Assembly (NCBI GenBank): GCA_977017645.1
Contig: OZ360226.1
Span: 54,250,001 to 54,314,000, forward strand
Origin: Torpedo marmorata
Lineage: Eukaryota
DNA length: 64,000 bases
Reading direction: 5' to 3'
In this document: in pieces, positions 36,536 to 50,800 of the stretch
How positions within the stretch are numbered: position 1 is the stretch's first letter
Layout of the letters: every line of letters begins with the position of its first letter
Program-made: the position numbers and the translations under genes
The notes under the pieces: model-generated
Databases searched by the model: none
What the model saw: the letters and a program-made list of their open reading frames with translations, nothing else
Told to the model about the DNA's origin: nothing

Positions 36536-37374
36536 ATTTCAGATTCCACAATGGAACCATTGATGTGTGCAGATTTTATTGCAGGGCACATTGGAAACCG
36601 AAAGGTAAAATCAGGCAACATCCACATAAACTCAAAGTGGCTTTTAACCAATTTACTGGATTTCTTTGAAGTAACATGTTCTGTGAATAAAGAATTGGTG
36701 GATGTACCTTGTTTAGATTTCTAGAAGACATCTGGAAAAAACACGATACCAATGGATATTGAAGAAAATAAAAGCTCAGTGTAAGAGGTGTATATTGGAT
36801 AGATTAGGGAAAGAAAAACAGAGTCAGGACCCTTTATCAAAACAAAAATAGGAAAGGGTGATATTAAACTATATCCAATAAATCCAATGTGGACTTTGGT
36901 GTGGAGGGACAAAGAGGTGATAGGGTTCAGGCCAGAGGGTGGGAGAGGTGGGGATCCAGGTAGAGGGAGAGACCACAGGGGGACAGAAGGTGAGAGAGAA
37001 AAGAACAGGATTTGGTGGGGGTCACCTAAAATTGGAAGAAGAAAAAAGTGATCCTCGTGCTGTTGGTTTAAGGCTGTCCAAGAGGGATATGATGTGTTGT
37101 TCCTTTACCTCATTCCTTGGCCTCACCCTGGGCAATGGATGAGGCTGAGAACAGTTATGTTTGTGTGGGAATGGGTAGGGAAATTAAAATGGAACCACAA
37201 AGTGCATGTGCACGAAGTGGTCACCCAATGTGCTTGGTCTCACTGATGTAAATATTACACTGAATTTAGTAGATTAGGTTGGATGATTTGCAGGTAAAAT
37301 CAGCCTCAAATTCGCTGAACTTGTACTAAATGTTGGAACTTCCATGCAACAGCATTTTCCAGCAAAACCTAGAT

Positions 37375-37981
37375 TAGTCATTCCCAAAGAGGGTGGTGCC
37401 ACCCCCCCTGGGGGCGGTGGAAAGATCCAAGGGGGCGGTCAGGGGGCGGTGAGGAAAAAGGGGGTGGCCCGAACATTTCTGGCAAACTCAGCCCACAACG
37501 CTCATTGTGCGCTATCCGTCAGGTGAGGAGGGGGTGGGGGTGACTGCCCGGGATGGTGACGGCCAGGAATAGTGACTGCCAGGGACAGCCAGGGACGGTG
37601 ACTGGCCAGGACGGGACCGCTCGGGATGGCAACCACTCGAGACGGCTACCAACCGCCCGGGATGGTGACTACAGAATAAAATATGGCTGCAGCACAGCAA
37701 ACAAAAATGTATAAGCAATATAGTGTGAAAACTGTGATGTAATAGGTGAGATGTAAATTTACCTTTTCATATTGCTAAATAAATTGGTTTACTATAAGTT
37801 TTATTTGTGAAATACATACGCTTGTTTATACTGTTAGATTAGTTGTTGTTTTAAATTTGCAGTAGACCTAATACCAAGAAAGAGGTGTGTGTTTGTTGTA
37901 TGTGTTTGTCGGGGGGGGGGCGCTAGGGATGTGGCCTGGGAGCCAAGGGGGCAGCAGCACGAAAAAGTTTGGGAACCACTG
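37375..37981. mobile_element. hAT/Charlie-type MITE
   Basis: Imperfect TIRs TAGTCATTCCCAAA / TTTGGGAACCACTG; perfect 8-bp TSD ACCTAGAT (37367-37374, 37982-37989). Confidence 0.85.
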
Positions 37982-38571
37982 ACCTAGATCAATGCATCAA
38001 ACTAAATTTAAAAATTAATTGAGAATAGAGAAATAATAACTTTATGAAACATGTGTACTTAACTTTTTAAAAAGTGGGCATTTGAGCACTTTAACAGTGG
38101 TTTGTCACTCTAGATCTATATTTTGTTCAATGTACCAGTAAATTGGAAAAGACTATGTCGTCTATCAAATATTTATGATCAATCTTAATGCTACAAAGCA
38201 TCCTGAAAGATGAATAAAGATGGAAAATGAATAAAATACTAAGAAAAACTTAAGGTACCAAAATTAGGTTGTGAGCTCAGTTCAGTGTCATCAGACACAC
38301 TCACATTTTCTTTATCTATCTTTAGTTTGCAGCAGTTTCAACCATAATACACCTTTTTGACATCTCCTTTTTGAAATACTGCAGGAAATCACACTGATAA
38401 CCTAAGGCTAGATGATGAACAAATGCAATCAGAAAGAAATAGACAATTTCACATTAACATTCAATCAGCAATACCACTGCTGAATGTATCTTTTTTGACA
38501 AAAATGTATCTGGACCAAACACAAATACAGCATGAACACATCAATGATTCTCCAAAGCCTCTCTCACCAGG

Positions 38572-39555
38572 AGTATCAAGGTTCAAGGTCAAGGTTCCTT
38601 TTATTGTCATGTAATAATACATTAAAAACAGCACCAATAGCCTGAATACGACTGGGATTGTCTGATCTCAGAAGCTAAGCAGGCACAGGACTGGTCAGTA
38701 CTTGGAGGGGAGACTGCCAAGGAACACCAGGTGCTGTAGGTTTCTGTGAGGGGCGCTGGACAAAATAGCGACCCTCTGTCTGCCTTACGGTAGACAAAAA
38801 TTAAAGAATTTCATGTATGTTACATTCTAAATGTAGTATTACGTGACAATAATGGAACCTTTAAATGTAACATTCATTCTATATTTTAACTTTTGCCTGT
38901 CGTAAGGCAAAGATGCGCCATTGGCGTTGCCCGGCGCCCCTTACAGTACGAGAGAAAGAGAAGCAAAAGAGAGTCCCTTCAGAGTCACTGAGCATCCGTG
39001 GATTCGCCTCCAGCGCTCCCGCAGCCTCTGCAGCCCCACAGACTCCTATTCAATTTATCGGCAACCCAAGCTCCAGATCCAAACCTCAAACATGATCAGG
39101 AAGCCTTCAGCGCCTGAGACCCTTTGTGAATCCTTCATGCCCTCTCTCGAATCCCGCCTCCGATACCTGGTTCCCATAAGCCAGTATCCAGCAGGCTACA
39201 GTCTGTGTGGGTCCCCCAACCACGTCGCCTGCAGCCTGTGTGGGTCCCTCAGCCGCTGAGCCCCTCACTGGTCTGCTGCCGTGCTCACCTTCCCTGTAGG
39301 GCTCTTCAATTGCTGAGCCCCTCGCTGGTCTGCCGCCATGGTCACTGTCCTGATTCCTCCTCTCAACAGGGGGCGTTCTTTTCGTTTCTGATGTCCTGCG
39401 CCGGTCCACCGCTCCCTCAGAGTCAGCAACCCCTTGTGGCCGCTGCCGAGCACAAGCACCACCATCTTGAGCACAGACCTTGTGTTTGCAGGATCTTACT
39501 CACAAACACCATCAGCTCCTTTAACAGGCCATTTAAAGCCAAAATATTGCCGTCA
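38572..39555 (-). mobile_element. Non-coding GC-rich retroposon with LINE-like tail and (CCTTGA)n end, interrupted by a 5S-derived SINE
   Basis: Minus strand ends GACAATAAAAGGAACCTTGACCTTGAACCTTGA; CAAGATGGTGG near its 5' end; no credible ORF; 5' boundary approximate. Confidence 0.55.
38628..38862 (+). mobile_element. 5S rRNA-derived SINE (SINE3-type)
   Basis: 38628-38744 aligns to 5S rRNA (GTCTGATCTCAGAAGCTAAGCAGG..TCAGTACTTGGAGGGGAGACTGCC..GTGCTGTAGG) with many substitutions, no T4 terminator, then a ~120-nt LINE-like tail. Confidence 0.8.
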
Positions 39556-39711
39556 TATACATACTAACATAACTAAGGAAGAGAACCAAGCAAGTCTATG
39601 TAGCAGAGAAGGTAGGGAAGGGCAAAGTATGGCACAAAGGAATTTTCTCTGATAGGATGAAATATATGGCAATTAAGCTCCTTTGCTTATATAATGTATG
39701 GCATGTTTATT

Positions 39712-39935
39712 TTTTAAAATTTAGTGATACAACATGACAACAGGCCCTTCCGGCCCATAAGCCCACGTCGGCCAAATACAGCCATGTGACCAATTAACCT
39801 ACTAACTAACCCCATACGTCTTTGGAATGCTGGAGGAAACCAACGCAGACATGGGGAGAATGTACAAAAAACTGACAGTGTCGGATTCGAATCCGGGTCG
39901 CTAGCGTTGTAAACACTACACTAACCGTGCCGCCC
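39712..39935 (-). mobile_element. tRNA-derived V-SINE (HE1-like)
   Basis: GGGCGGCACGGTTAG head, B-box GGATTCGAATCC, V-domain, GAAGGGCCTGTT tail. Confidence 0.75.
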
Positions 39936-41294
39936 TTGTTGTGAAATCTGTGTAACGTTGCAAAGTCTGGTCTACCAGGACATACTCAGCAGGCCAGAGT
40001 ACAAAAATGAAAGGAAAAAAGGATTACATGGAAAAATAGCCAGTCCTAATGCAAACAAAATTAGCAAATTATCTTACGCTGGAAAATTCAACACAATAGA
40101 CTGTCATGAACTCAATCAAAAGATGAGATGCTGTTCCTCAAATTTGTTTTTGGTCTTTTTGTAAAAGTTCATAATGTGAAAGATACAGATCAGAATGGGA
40201 TGGCGAATTAAAGTAGCAGGCAAACAGCTGTCACCCTTAGAGTGAGTGAAGGTTCTCCACAAAGCAATCACCAAACTACATTTGCTTTCTCTAATACAGA
40301 GACCACATTGTGAATACAAATTCAGGACACAAGATTGAAAGTGCAAGCGGATCATTGCCTTACCTGGAATAGTTATTTGGGTTCCTGGATGTGGAAAATG
40401 AAGAGGTAAAAGTTAGGTACCACACCTCCTGTAGTTGCATTGGCATGAGACGTGGAGTAGTAGCTGGGTGTGGAGAGGCGGAACAGAAAATCACAATGGG
40501 AGGTCGCAAATGACTGAGAGGGAAGTCTGGCTGTGAAATTTTGCTACAGCTGGCTGAAAGTGCAAAGTTGAATGCAGAGGGTAGTGGGGAAGAAGACAAG
40601 AATCAGAGTTCTTTTATCCAGGTGAGATCAGAGGGATGAGAAATAGCTAAAATGCAGTCAATTGTCCTTACCACAAGAGTAATGGGTTGCAATGATCAAG
40701 GAAGGAAGACATTTCAGAGGCACCTGTCTCAATATCAAGAGCAAGTACTGTGGAGACAGAGGAAATGGAAGAATGGATTGGAGTCAATGCAGGAGGCAGA
40801 GAACAAGGAAATATAATCAAGATAGATGTGGGCTTGTAGTGGATATTGGTGACTGGCCTATATCTGGAGATGGTGAGGTCCAGAAAGAATCAGATATGAA
40901 CCAAGTGGAAACTGGTCGCAAGTGATGAATTTTAAAGATCTGCATGTGTGTAGGAAAACACACCAACATCAATATCCTGAAAAAAGTGATGGTGGGCAAA
41001 TCCAGCTAAAAGATATAACTTGGGAACACAAAAACTGGTGCTGAAATATTAAGCAATGAGAAGCAAGAGGAACTCAGCAGGTCAGGCAGATACATGTGTA
41101 GGAATGGTCAGTCAACATTTCAGGTACAACACCCTTTATCAATTCTGATCTAACAGGCAATAACGTGGGCACACTCAAATGCCCTTTATCTCAAATGCAC
41201 CTTTTATCTCGAGAATGACTGGAGTTGAAAGAGAAGCTGTTCAATGCAAGAAGTTCAACTAGGTGAAAGAGTTGTTGGAGGAAAATGCAAATAG

Positions 41295-41639
41295 CTTACA
41301 GCACCAAGTTCCTTGGAGTCTACTTAACAAATGATCTACCGTGGACACACAATATCTCCTCGCTTGTCAGGAAGGCACAACAGCGACTGCACTTCCTGAG
41401 AAGACTGAAGCGGGCAAGGCTACCGGCCACCATGTCAACCTTCTGCAGGAGCTCTATTGAGATCGTTCTGGCCGGCTGCATCAGTGTGGTACGGCTGCTG
41501 TAGAGAATTGGATCGGAGGTCAATCCACAGGACCATAAGAGTGGCAGAGAGGATCACTGGGGTCTCCTTCCCCCGCATTGACATAATCTACCAGGATTGT
41601 TGGCTTAAGAGGGCACGTAAAATCATTGAGGAGCCCTAC
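41295..41639 (+). mobile_element. Rex1/Babar-like LINE 3' fragment split by BEL2 (resumes 56546-~56795)
   Basis: STKFLGVYL..RKAQQRLHFLRRLKRA..RARKIIEEP|YHPAHSIF across the BEL2 insertion. Confidence 0.8.
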
Positions 41640-42637
41640 TGTAAGAGGCATAGGCTTAGTTAATTACCTTCATCGCGGCATTCCGATGGTCTTAGCGGGT
41701 TTCGGAGGAGACACGGAGATTAGTAGGCCGTGCTGGGCCTATTTAGTACTCTGCGCATGCACGGGAGTGCCGACGGGCGCATGCGCAGTGGGGAAGTGAG
41801 TGCAGTATGCGCGGTGGAGCCAGCGTGTTGGAGCATGCGCGAATCTGAGAAGAAGTAGTATAAGAATATGGCGACTTAGAGGAGGGTGAGTGAGATCGTC
41901 ATAGCTTTCATTGATCGTTTAAAGGAATGTTTAAAGGAATTTATAAAGAATAATTTTAAAGGAAGTTTAAAGACATTTTAAAGAATCGTTATTAAGCATC
42001 GTTATCAAGAATTGTTTATATTTCGTTAAAGATATTTAAGTCATTGAAGATTGCTACAAGTCATTGTGTGTAAATAAAGTTTTTGAACCTATTGGACGTG
42101 TTAGTAAATTAATTGAAACGCGTCAAGAACAAGTATCTCACCTAGCCTCCAAGTGACTTTGTTGGATTGAAGTCACTATATGTTTAGTCAATGAAAGTTT
42201 ATTGTTTGGAAGAGAAAATTGAAGGAAAGACGATAGAATAATCTCTCTGCGCTTTGGACTGATATTTAAAATAAAATGGTGGCCATCTTGGAGATGTCTC
42301 GAGTTAGGGGCAGATTGTAATCCACATCCATCTGCCATGAGTAACAGCCAGAGAGGGATTTAGAGCTTCAAATCTTATAGTAGTGTCCTATAAATATGTT
42401 GGAAAGACCATTTCTTGAAAATCAGCGATATTATTGACGGATGCTGTGGTGGAAACTCATTTGTGAATAGCAGCCCATTACAGTCATCTGAAGTGGTAGG
42501 CATAAGTCTGTGGACTCCTTCTGTGTACCTTTGGCAAGTTTGAACACAGATTGGATTTGCTGCCGCTAGTCCATTGGGGACTGTTGATTTGGCTAGTGTT
42601 GTGCATGCTCAAAGGACGGTGGAACAAGACGAGTGAA

Positions 42638-42820
42638 ATGGCCGCAGCAGCCGCTGATGCAGCAGCAGCTAACGCAGAAACCGCTGTGTTGCTGTTGAGG
42701 AACAACGTATTGAAGACATGAAGGTTGTGGAGCTCAAAGAAGAATTGAAGCGACTGAAACTAGATACAAGTGGAAATAAAAAGGTTCTCATTGCAAGACT
42801 GCAGCTGGCAATGGAAGAAC
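42638..42820 (+). pseudogene. SAP domain at the N-terminus of BEL2 Gag
   Basis: RIEDMKVVELKEELKRLKLDTSGNKKVLIARLQLAMEE. Confidence 0.82.
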
Positions 42821-44870
42821 AGGCGGCTTCGGTTGATAGGAATGAAGACATTGCAAACTCATTGCAAAAGACAACGACTGAACAAGAAGACAGCAACGTG
42901 GAAATGGCTGAAAATGTGTCATCAAATGAAGTTGAAGAAAACGAAGAGGATGAAGATGCAAAGGATGTACAATGCAGATTGGAGAAAGAGGTAAGTAAGA
43001 AGACAACATCAGACCTGCAGGTCGAAATACAAGCATGTGACAGTGTTTCAAATGTTGAAAGCAGGAGAAGCAAAATAAGTTCTTCTGGTTTAAGCTCCAG
43101 TGTCTCGTACTTCAAGTTCTGCATCGTCACATACAAAGATTGAAGTTGACTTGGCCGCTCTTATTGTACGACAAAAATCTCAAGGATAAACATGTTTTAG
43201 AAGAACAGGAGGAGCAGCTTAAAGAACAGGAGGAGCAGCTAATGCATAGCCAGCAGCTAAGGCAGAAACAGGAGCAGCTAAGGTAGAGCCAACAGCTAAG
43301 GAAGAGACAGGAGCAGCTGAGACAGAGAAAGGAGCAGCAGGAGCTGAAAACAAATATTGCTATTGCCATGGCCAGAAAGAAGGTACTAGAAGGCTTAATG
43401 GTATCTGTTGCTCAGAGTAAATTATCTAAAGTGTATGATAATAAAAAGTCATATTTTAAAAAAGAGTCACAGGAAAAGGAACCAACTAAAAGGGTAGATA
43501 TTTTAGTACCAAGGGTACAAGACTTGCAAATACAAGGATAAATCCTTCAAGAGTATAGTGTTATCGAGTCACATGTACCAGTGGTAACATCTGAAGACAA
43601 AGCTGCGGCTTGGGTTCGGTCGAACGATGCAGCTCCCTTGGCATTTGAATCAAGCATCAGAAATATGGGAGAAACTACACCAGTGAGGTTTCCAGATACA
43701 TTACCTGTAATAAGAGGCGGTGAACAGAGCAATGTATTATCATCCAATGGAAGACAAAATGAAATCACAGCATCATTGATTCAGTTACAGTCTCCCTCTT
43801 CTTTGCCCAAGAGATACAAACTTTTGATAGGGATCCACTTTAGTACCAAGCGATCATGAGATCTTTCAAACGCAATATTGAAAATAAATGCCAAGACCCT
43901 GATGAATGTCTTTATTATTTAGAAATGTTCACAAAGGAACAGCCAAGAGAACTTGTAAAGAGTTGTCAACATATGGCCTCAGAAAGAGGATTAGACAGAG
44001 CTAAGTCTTTACTAGAACAACATTTTGGCAACAAGCATCAAATTGCTTTAGCTTATATGGATAAACCTCTGAAATGGACATCAATAAAACAGAATGATGT
44101 AAAAGCTCTACAAGCACATACACTCTTTTTAAGAGAATGTTGTAATGCCATGAAAGATATCGATAATATTCGTGAGCTTGACGTGCCTGGTAATATGAGA
44201 AACCTTAGATAAATTATCTTACAAGTTGTGGGATAGATAGAGAAATTTGGCTTGTGATTTACAAGAAAATTACGGTCGAAGAGCTACCTTATAGGATTTG
44301 GTAAATTTTCTTGAACGACAGGTGTACATTGAAACAGATCCAATATATGGAAATACCAGAGACAATTCAATGGGGAACAAAGATGTAAGGAGGTCTAACT
44401 CACAGCCTTGTCTGAAATTGAAAAGGAGTACTTTTGCTACTAATATGTCAGTTATAAATAAAGAAAAAGATAAAGTAAATAAGGAAAAGGAAAGTTTGCC
44501 TAATGAGAAGAGTTGTTTGTTCTGTAAAGGTGGACATGCTTTGGAAATGTGTTTACGGTTGGAAAAAAAGGAAAATAATGAGATGATCGCTTTCTTAAAG
44601 GAAAATGGAGTATGTTTTAGCTGTCTGTGTAAAGGGCACATCAGTAAAAACTGTAAGAAGCGACTTAACTGTAACATATGCAATTTGAACCATCCTGGAA
44701 TGTTGCATATCCATCAAAGAAAGAAGGAATTGGAAAAGGAGCAAACAGAAACAAAGGAAACAACAGAAAACAATGTTAGAACCTCGGTTCAGACAAGTGG
44801 TCTTACCGAGGCCAGTGTGGATAACTGCAAACTTTCAATAGTGCCTGTACAAGTCAAGACCAAGAAAGGG

Positions 44871-47800
44871 ATACTGGGACAAAAACACCAGTATTTTATA
44901 TGCGGGGGTTTTCGTTTTTCTTTTTTTTCTTTCTATCTTTTACTTTATTTGAGGGGATACCATGTAGTTTACAATTTAGGAGGGAAAAGCTAGTAGATTT
45001 GATTGAAAGAGATTTGCTACAATTTGAAGAGTATAAATTTAGAAAGTATTAATATAAATGGGCTTAATAATCCGATTAAGAGAAAAAGAACTTTAGCATA
45101 TATTAAAAAGTTGAGGGTAGATATAGCTTTTTTACAAGAGACTCATTTGATAGACATGGAACATCAAAAATTAAAAAGAGAGTGGGTTGGTCACGTTGTG
45201 GCTTCTTCATTTAATTCTAAAGCAAGAGGGGTAGCTATATTAATTAAATAAAAAATTACCTTTTAAGATACAATCGGTAGTTACAGATGTAGCAGGAAGA
45301 TATGTTCTGATACATTGTCAAATTTATTCAGAATCTTGGACACTTATGAATTTATATGTGTCAAATCCAGATGATGAACAGTTTATTCAAGATGCCTTTT
45401 TGCACTTGTCAGATGCTAATGAGAATATTTTAATTGGGGGAGATTTTAATTGTTGTTTAGATTCAATAATGGATAAGACTTCAAGATCACCTGTTAGAGC
45501 TAAAATTGTTAAAAAAATTCTTAATTTGATGAAAGATTTAAATTTAATAGACATTTGGAGGAGATTGAACCCTAGGGAGAAAGATTATTCATTTTATTCT
45601 TTTAGACATGATTCATACTCTAGGATAGACCTATTTCTATTATCATCACAGGTTCAAGATAGAATAACGCAAGCATCCTATAAAGCGAGAGTAATCTCTG
45701 ATCATTCGCCTTTATTATTGTCTTGTATAATTCCGGAAAAAGAAAAAACTATATATAATTGGAGATTTGATCCGTCTTTATTAAAAAGGAAAGATTTTTG
45801 TGAATATATAAGAGAAATTCAGGAATTTTTGCGAATAAATGCTAATTCTATTAATGATAAATTTATAGTGTGGGAAGCTTTAAAAGCTTATTTAAGGGGT
45901 CTAATAATAAGCTATTCAGTTAAAATTAAGAAAGACTATCTTAAGGAATCAGAAAAAATTGAGAAGGAAATTGAACTTATGGAGAAGGATTTACAGAGAA
46001 ATAGATCAATTCAAAAAAGAAATCGTTTAATAGGGAAGAAATTACATTATAATTTGTTACAAACATATAAAATGGAAAAATTAATTGAGAAAACTAAACA
46101 AAGATATTATGAATTAGGGGAAAGAGCCCATAAGGTTTTGGCATGGCAATTGAAAAAAGAACAAGTTTCCAAAACTATAAATGCTATAAGGAAGAAAAAT
46201 ACTGGAGAAATAACTTATAAACCTCAAGAGATAAATGAATCTTTTAAAGATTATTATCAGAATTTATATAAATCGCAGATTGATCAAGACGATTCTAAAA
46301 TTAATAGATTCCTATCCAAAATCACATGACCTAAATTGAATATTCAGAGTAGAGACTCTTTAGATCTGCCTTTTACAATGAGGGAAGTTAGTGAAGTTTT
46401 TTCTTCGCTGAAGAGTGGTAAATCTCCGGGTGATGACGGGTTTCCATCAGAATTTTATAAAGAATTTAAAGATTTATTAATACCTCCTTAAATGGAAGTA
46501 CTAGATCAAATTACAGAAACTCATTCATTACCGAAAACATTTTTAAATGCTATAATTACAGTTTTACCAAAGAAAGATAGAGATGTATTAAAAACTGAAT
46601 CATATAGACCTATTTCATTATTAAATGTAGATTATAAAATAATGGCAAAAATTTTAGCAAACAGAATGGCTAAATATTTGCCAGATTTGATACATATAGA
46701 TCAAGCTGGTTTTATTAAAAATAGATATTCAAAAGATAATATAGCTAGATTAATTAGTTTAATTAGTTTGCATAAAAAGAAACAAGATCTACCATTAGTT
46801 GTAACATTAGACGCTGAAAAGGCTTTTGATAGATTAGAATGGAACTTTTTATTTAAGGTATTAGAAAAATTTGGTTTTGGAAATACATTTATAAATTGGA
46901 TTAAAACTATATATAAAGAACCATCAGCTAAAGTAATTACAAATGGACAAGTATCGTCAAAATTTTCTTAAACACGTTCTACGAGACAGGGATGTCCTCT
47001 GTCACCAGCTTTATTTGTTTTGGCGATAGAACCCTTGGCTGAATTAGTTAGAAAAGATCCTAAGATAGTGGGTATTAAAGTTGGTATGGAAGAACATAAG
47101 ATTAGTTTGTTTGCAGATGATGTATTGATATATATGACAAAATCTATTACATCACTTCAACAACTATCTATCATATTAAGAGAATATGGTGAAATATCTG
47201 GATATAAAATTAATTCTGATAAAAGTGAAATAATGGCTTTATCTCAAGGTGATTATACTAGATGTAAAGAAATTACACAATTTAAATGGGATAAAGAAGA
47301 AATTAAATATTTGGGAGTTAAGGTTGATACAAAATTGGAAAATTTATATAAATTAAATTATCCACCATTATTTGTGAAAATAAAGAAAGATTTAGAGAAT
47401 TGGAAAGATTTACCCATAACTTTAATGGGAAGAGTAAATTGTATTAAAATGAATATTTTTCCAAGAGTTCAGTATCTTATTCAATCAATTCCTTTTGGAA
47501 TTCCTCAAAATTTTTTTAAAGATTTAAATTTTATTATTAGGAAATTTTTATGGAAAGGAAAGTTAGCAAGAGTAAGTATGGAAAAGTTAACTTGGAATTA
47601 TAAGATGGGTGGATTGCAACTTCCTAATTTTCAAAATTATTATAAAGCAGCTCAATTAAAATTTGTTAATGAATTTTTTGATTCAACTAAATCTTCTGCT
47701 TGGATTAAAATAGAATTAAATAATATAGGAGAAAATCTTAAAGAAGAAATTATTTATAAATGGGATTCTAAATTAATATCAATAAAAAAGAAAAATAGAA

Positions 47801-50800
47801 CCGCTTCTCGAGCGACGGAGGGGGGTGACACTGGGGTATATAATCCGGTGTTATTTATGGGCTATTATTTTTTCTTACTTTTCTGTTTTTCCATTCTATT
47901 TGAGGAGAAAATATGTGATCAACAGATTAGGAGGGAGATGCCAGTGGATCTGTCAGATAGAGAATGTTTAAAGTTTAGTCATGGTGGATTCTAGAAGTAT
48001 AAATTTTGTAAGTATTAATGTTAATGGGCTTAATAATCCAATTAAGAGGAAAAAAACTTTGGCACATATTAAAAAATTGAAAGTAGATATAGCTTTTTTA
48101 CAGGAAACACATTTGACTGATAAGGAACATCAAAAGTTAAAGAGAGAATGGGTGGGACATGTAGTAGCTTCATCTTTTAATTCTAAAGCGAGAGGTGTAG
48201 CGATTTTAGTTAATAAAAAATTACCATTTAAAATACAATCAGTAGTGACCGATATAGCTGGTAGATATGTTTTAGTACATTGTCAAATTTATTCAGAAAC
48301 ATGGACTTTTTTAAATCTATATGTTACAAATCCAGATGATGAACAATTTATTCAAGATACTTTTTTACATTTATCTGAGGCTAAGGAAAATATTTTAATT
48401 GGTGGAGATTTTAATTGTTGTCTTAATGCAAATATGGACAAAACTACTAGAACATCTGTTAGACCTAAAATAGTTAAAAGAATTATTAATTTAATGGATG
48501 ACCTGAATCTGGTAGATATCTGGAGGAAGTTAAATCCTAGAGAAAAAGATTATTCATTTTATTCTTTTAGACATAATTCATTTTCAAGGATTGATTTGTT
48601 TTTGATATCTTCACAAGTTCAGGACAGAGTAACTCAAATATCTTATAAAGCAAGAATAATCTCAGATCATTCACCTTTGTTAATGACATGTATAATTCCA
48701 GAGAAAGAAAAAACTGCATATAATTGGAGATTAGATTCTTCTTTATTAAATAGAAAAGACTTTTGTGAATATATAAGAAAAGAAATTCAGGAATTTTTAA
48801 GAATTAATAATAATTCAGTTAATGATAGATTTATAATTTGGGAATCTTTAAAAGCATATTTAAGAGGTTTGATAATAAGTTTCTCGGCAAAAATTAGAAA
48901 AGATTATTTGAAAGAAGAAGAAAAATTGGAAGGGGAGATTGAATTTATGGAAAAAGATTTTCAAAGAAATAAAACAATTTTTAAGAGACAACGTTTAATT
49001 AGGAAAAAACTGCATTATAATATATTACAAACACGAAAAATAGAAAAATTAATTGGTAGAACAAAACAAAGATATTATGAATTGGGAGAAAGAGCACATA
49101 AAGTTCTAGCATGGCAATTAAAAAAAGAACAAGTTTCTAAAACTATAAATGCTATAAGAAAAAAAAGAACTGGTGAAATAACCTATAAACCTCAAGAAAT
49201 AAACGATTCCTTTAGAGAATATTATCAGAATTTATACACTTCACAGATTGATCAAGATGTTACAAAAATTGATAATTTTTTATCTAAAATTACATTGCCT
49301 AAATTAAATAATTTTAATAGAGATTTGTCAGATTTACCTATTACAATGAGAGAAGTAGTTGAAGCTTTATCGACATTGAAAAGTGGTAAATCTCCTGGTG
49401 ATGATGGATTTCCGATAGAGTTTTATAAGAAGTTTAAAGATTTACTGATACCTATATATATGGAAGTATTGACTCAAATAAAGGAAACTCATTTATTACC
49501 GAAAACATTTTTAAATGCTGTTATTACAGTTATACCAAAGAAAGATAGAGATGTATTAAAAACTGAGTCATACAGACCTATATCACTGTTGAATGTAGAT
49601 TATAAATTAATGGCAAAAATTTTGACAAACAGATTAGCTAAGTTTTTACCGCTTTTAATACATTCAGATCAAGCAGGATTTATTAAAAATAGATATTCGA
49701 AGGATAATATAGCAAGATTAATAAGTTTAATTAATTTGCAAAAAAGGAAACAGGATTTACCGTTGGTGATAACATTAGATGCAGAAAAAGCATTTGATAG
49801 ATTAGAATGGAATTTTTTATTTAAGGTTTTAGAGAAATATGGGTTTGGAAATACTTTTATAAATTGGATTAAGACAATATATAAGGAACCTACAGCTAGA
49901 GTAATTACAAATGGTCAGATATCATCTAAATTTTCCTTGACGCGATCAACAAGACAAGGATGTCCTTTATCACCTGCTTTATTTGTATTGGCAATAGAAC
50001 CGTTGGCTGAAATGATTAGGAAAGATATCAATATAAATGGGATTAAAGTAGGTGCAGAAGAGCATAAAATTAGTTTATTTGCAGATGATGTATTAATATA
50101 TATGACAAAATCTATTGGATCGCTTCAACAATTAGCTAAGATACTGAGGGAGTATGGTGAGATATCTGGTTATAAAATAAATTCAGATAAGAGTGAAATA
50201 ATGGCTTTATCTCAAGGAGATTATACTAAATGTAAAGAAGTTACAGGATTTAAATGGGCTAAAGAAGCAATTAAATATTTGGGAGTTAAAGTAGATACAA
50301 AATTGGAAAATTTATATAAATTAAATTATATACCTCTATTTCAGAAAATAAAGAAAGATTTGGAAAATTGGAAAGATTTACCTATAACCCTAATGGGAAG
50401 AGTGAATTGTATTAAAATGAATATCTTTCCAAGAGTTCAATACCTTTTTCAATCTATACCTTTTGGAATTCCTCAAAAATTTTTTAAAGATTTAAAAATC
50501 ATTGTTAGAAAATTTTTATGGAAAGGAAAATTAGCAAGGGTAAGTATGGATAAATTAACTTGGGAATATGAGATGGGTGGATTACAACTCCCCAATTTTC
50601 AATATTATTATAAGGCAGCACAATTAAAGTTTATTAATGAATTTTTTGATTTAACTAAATCTACTGCTTGGATTAATATAGAATTGAATAATATAGGGGA
50701 AAGATATAAGGAAGATATTATTTATAAATGGAATTCTAAATTATTATTAGTTAAAAAGAAAAAATCACCGATTATTAAACATTTACTGGAAATCTGGACT

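Noticed and set aside
38628-38744. Functional 5S rRNA gene
   Set aside because: Many substitutions, incomplete 5' end, no T-run terminator, single copy fused to a retroposon tail
47020-47994. L1 ORF2 with a novel C-terminus (RTASRATEGG..)
   Set aside because: Chance read-through from the outer L1 into the inter-ORF spacer of the nested L1 at 47797
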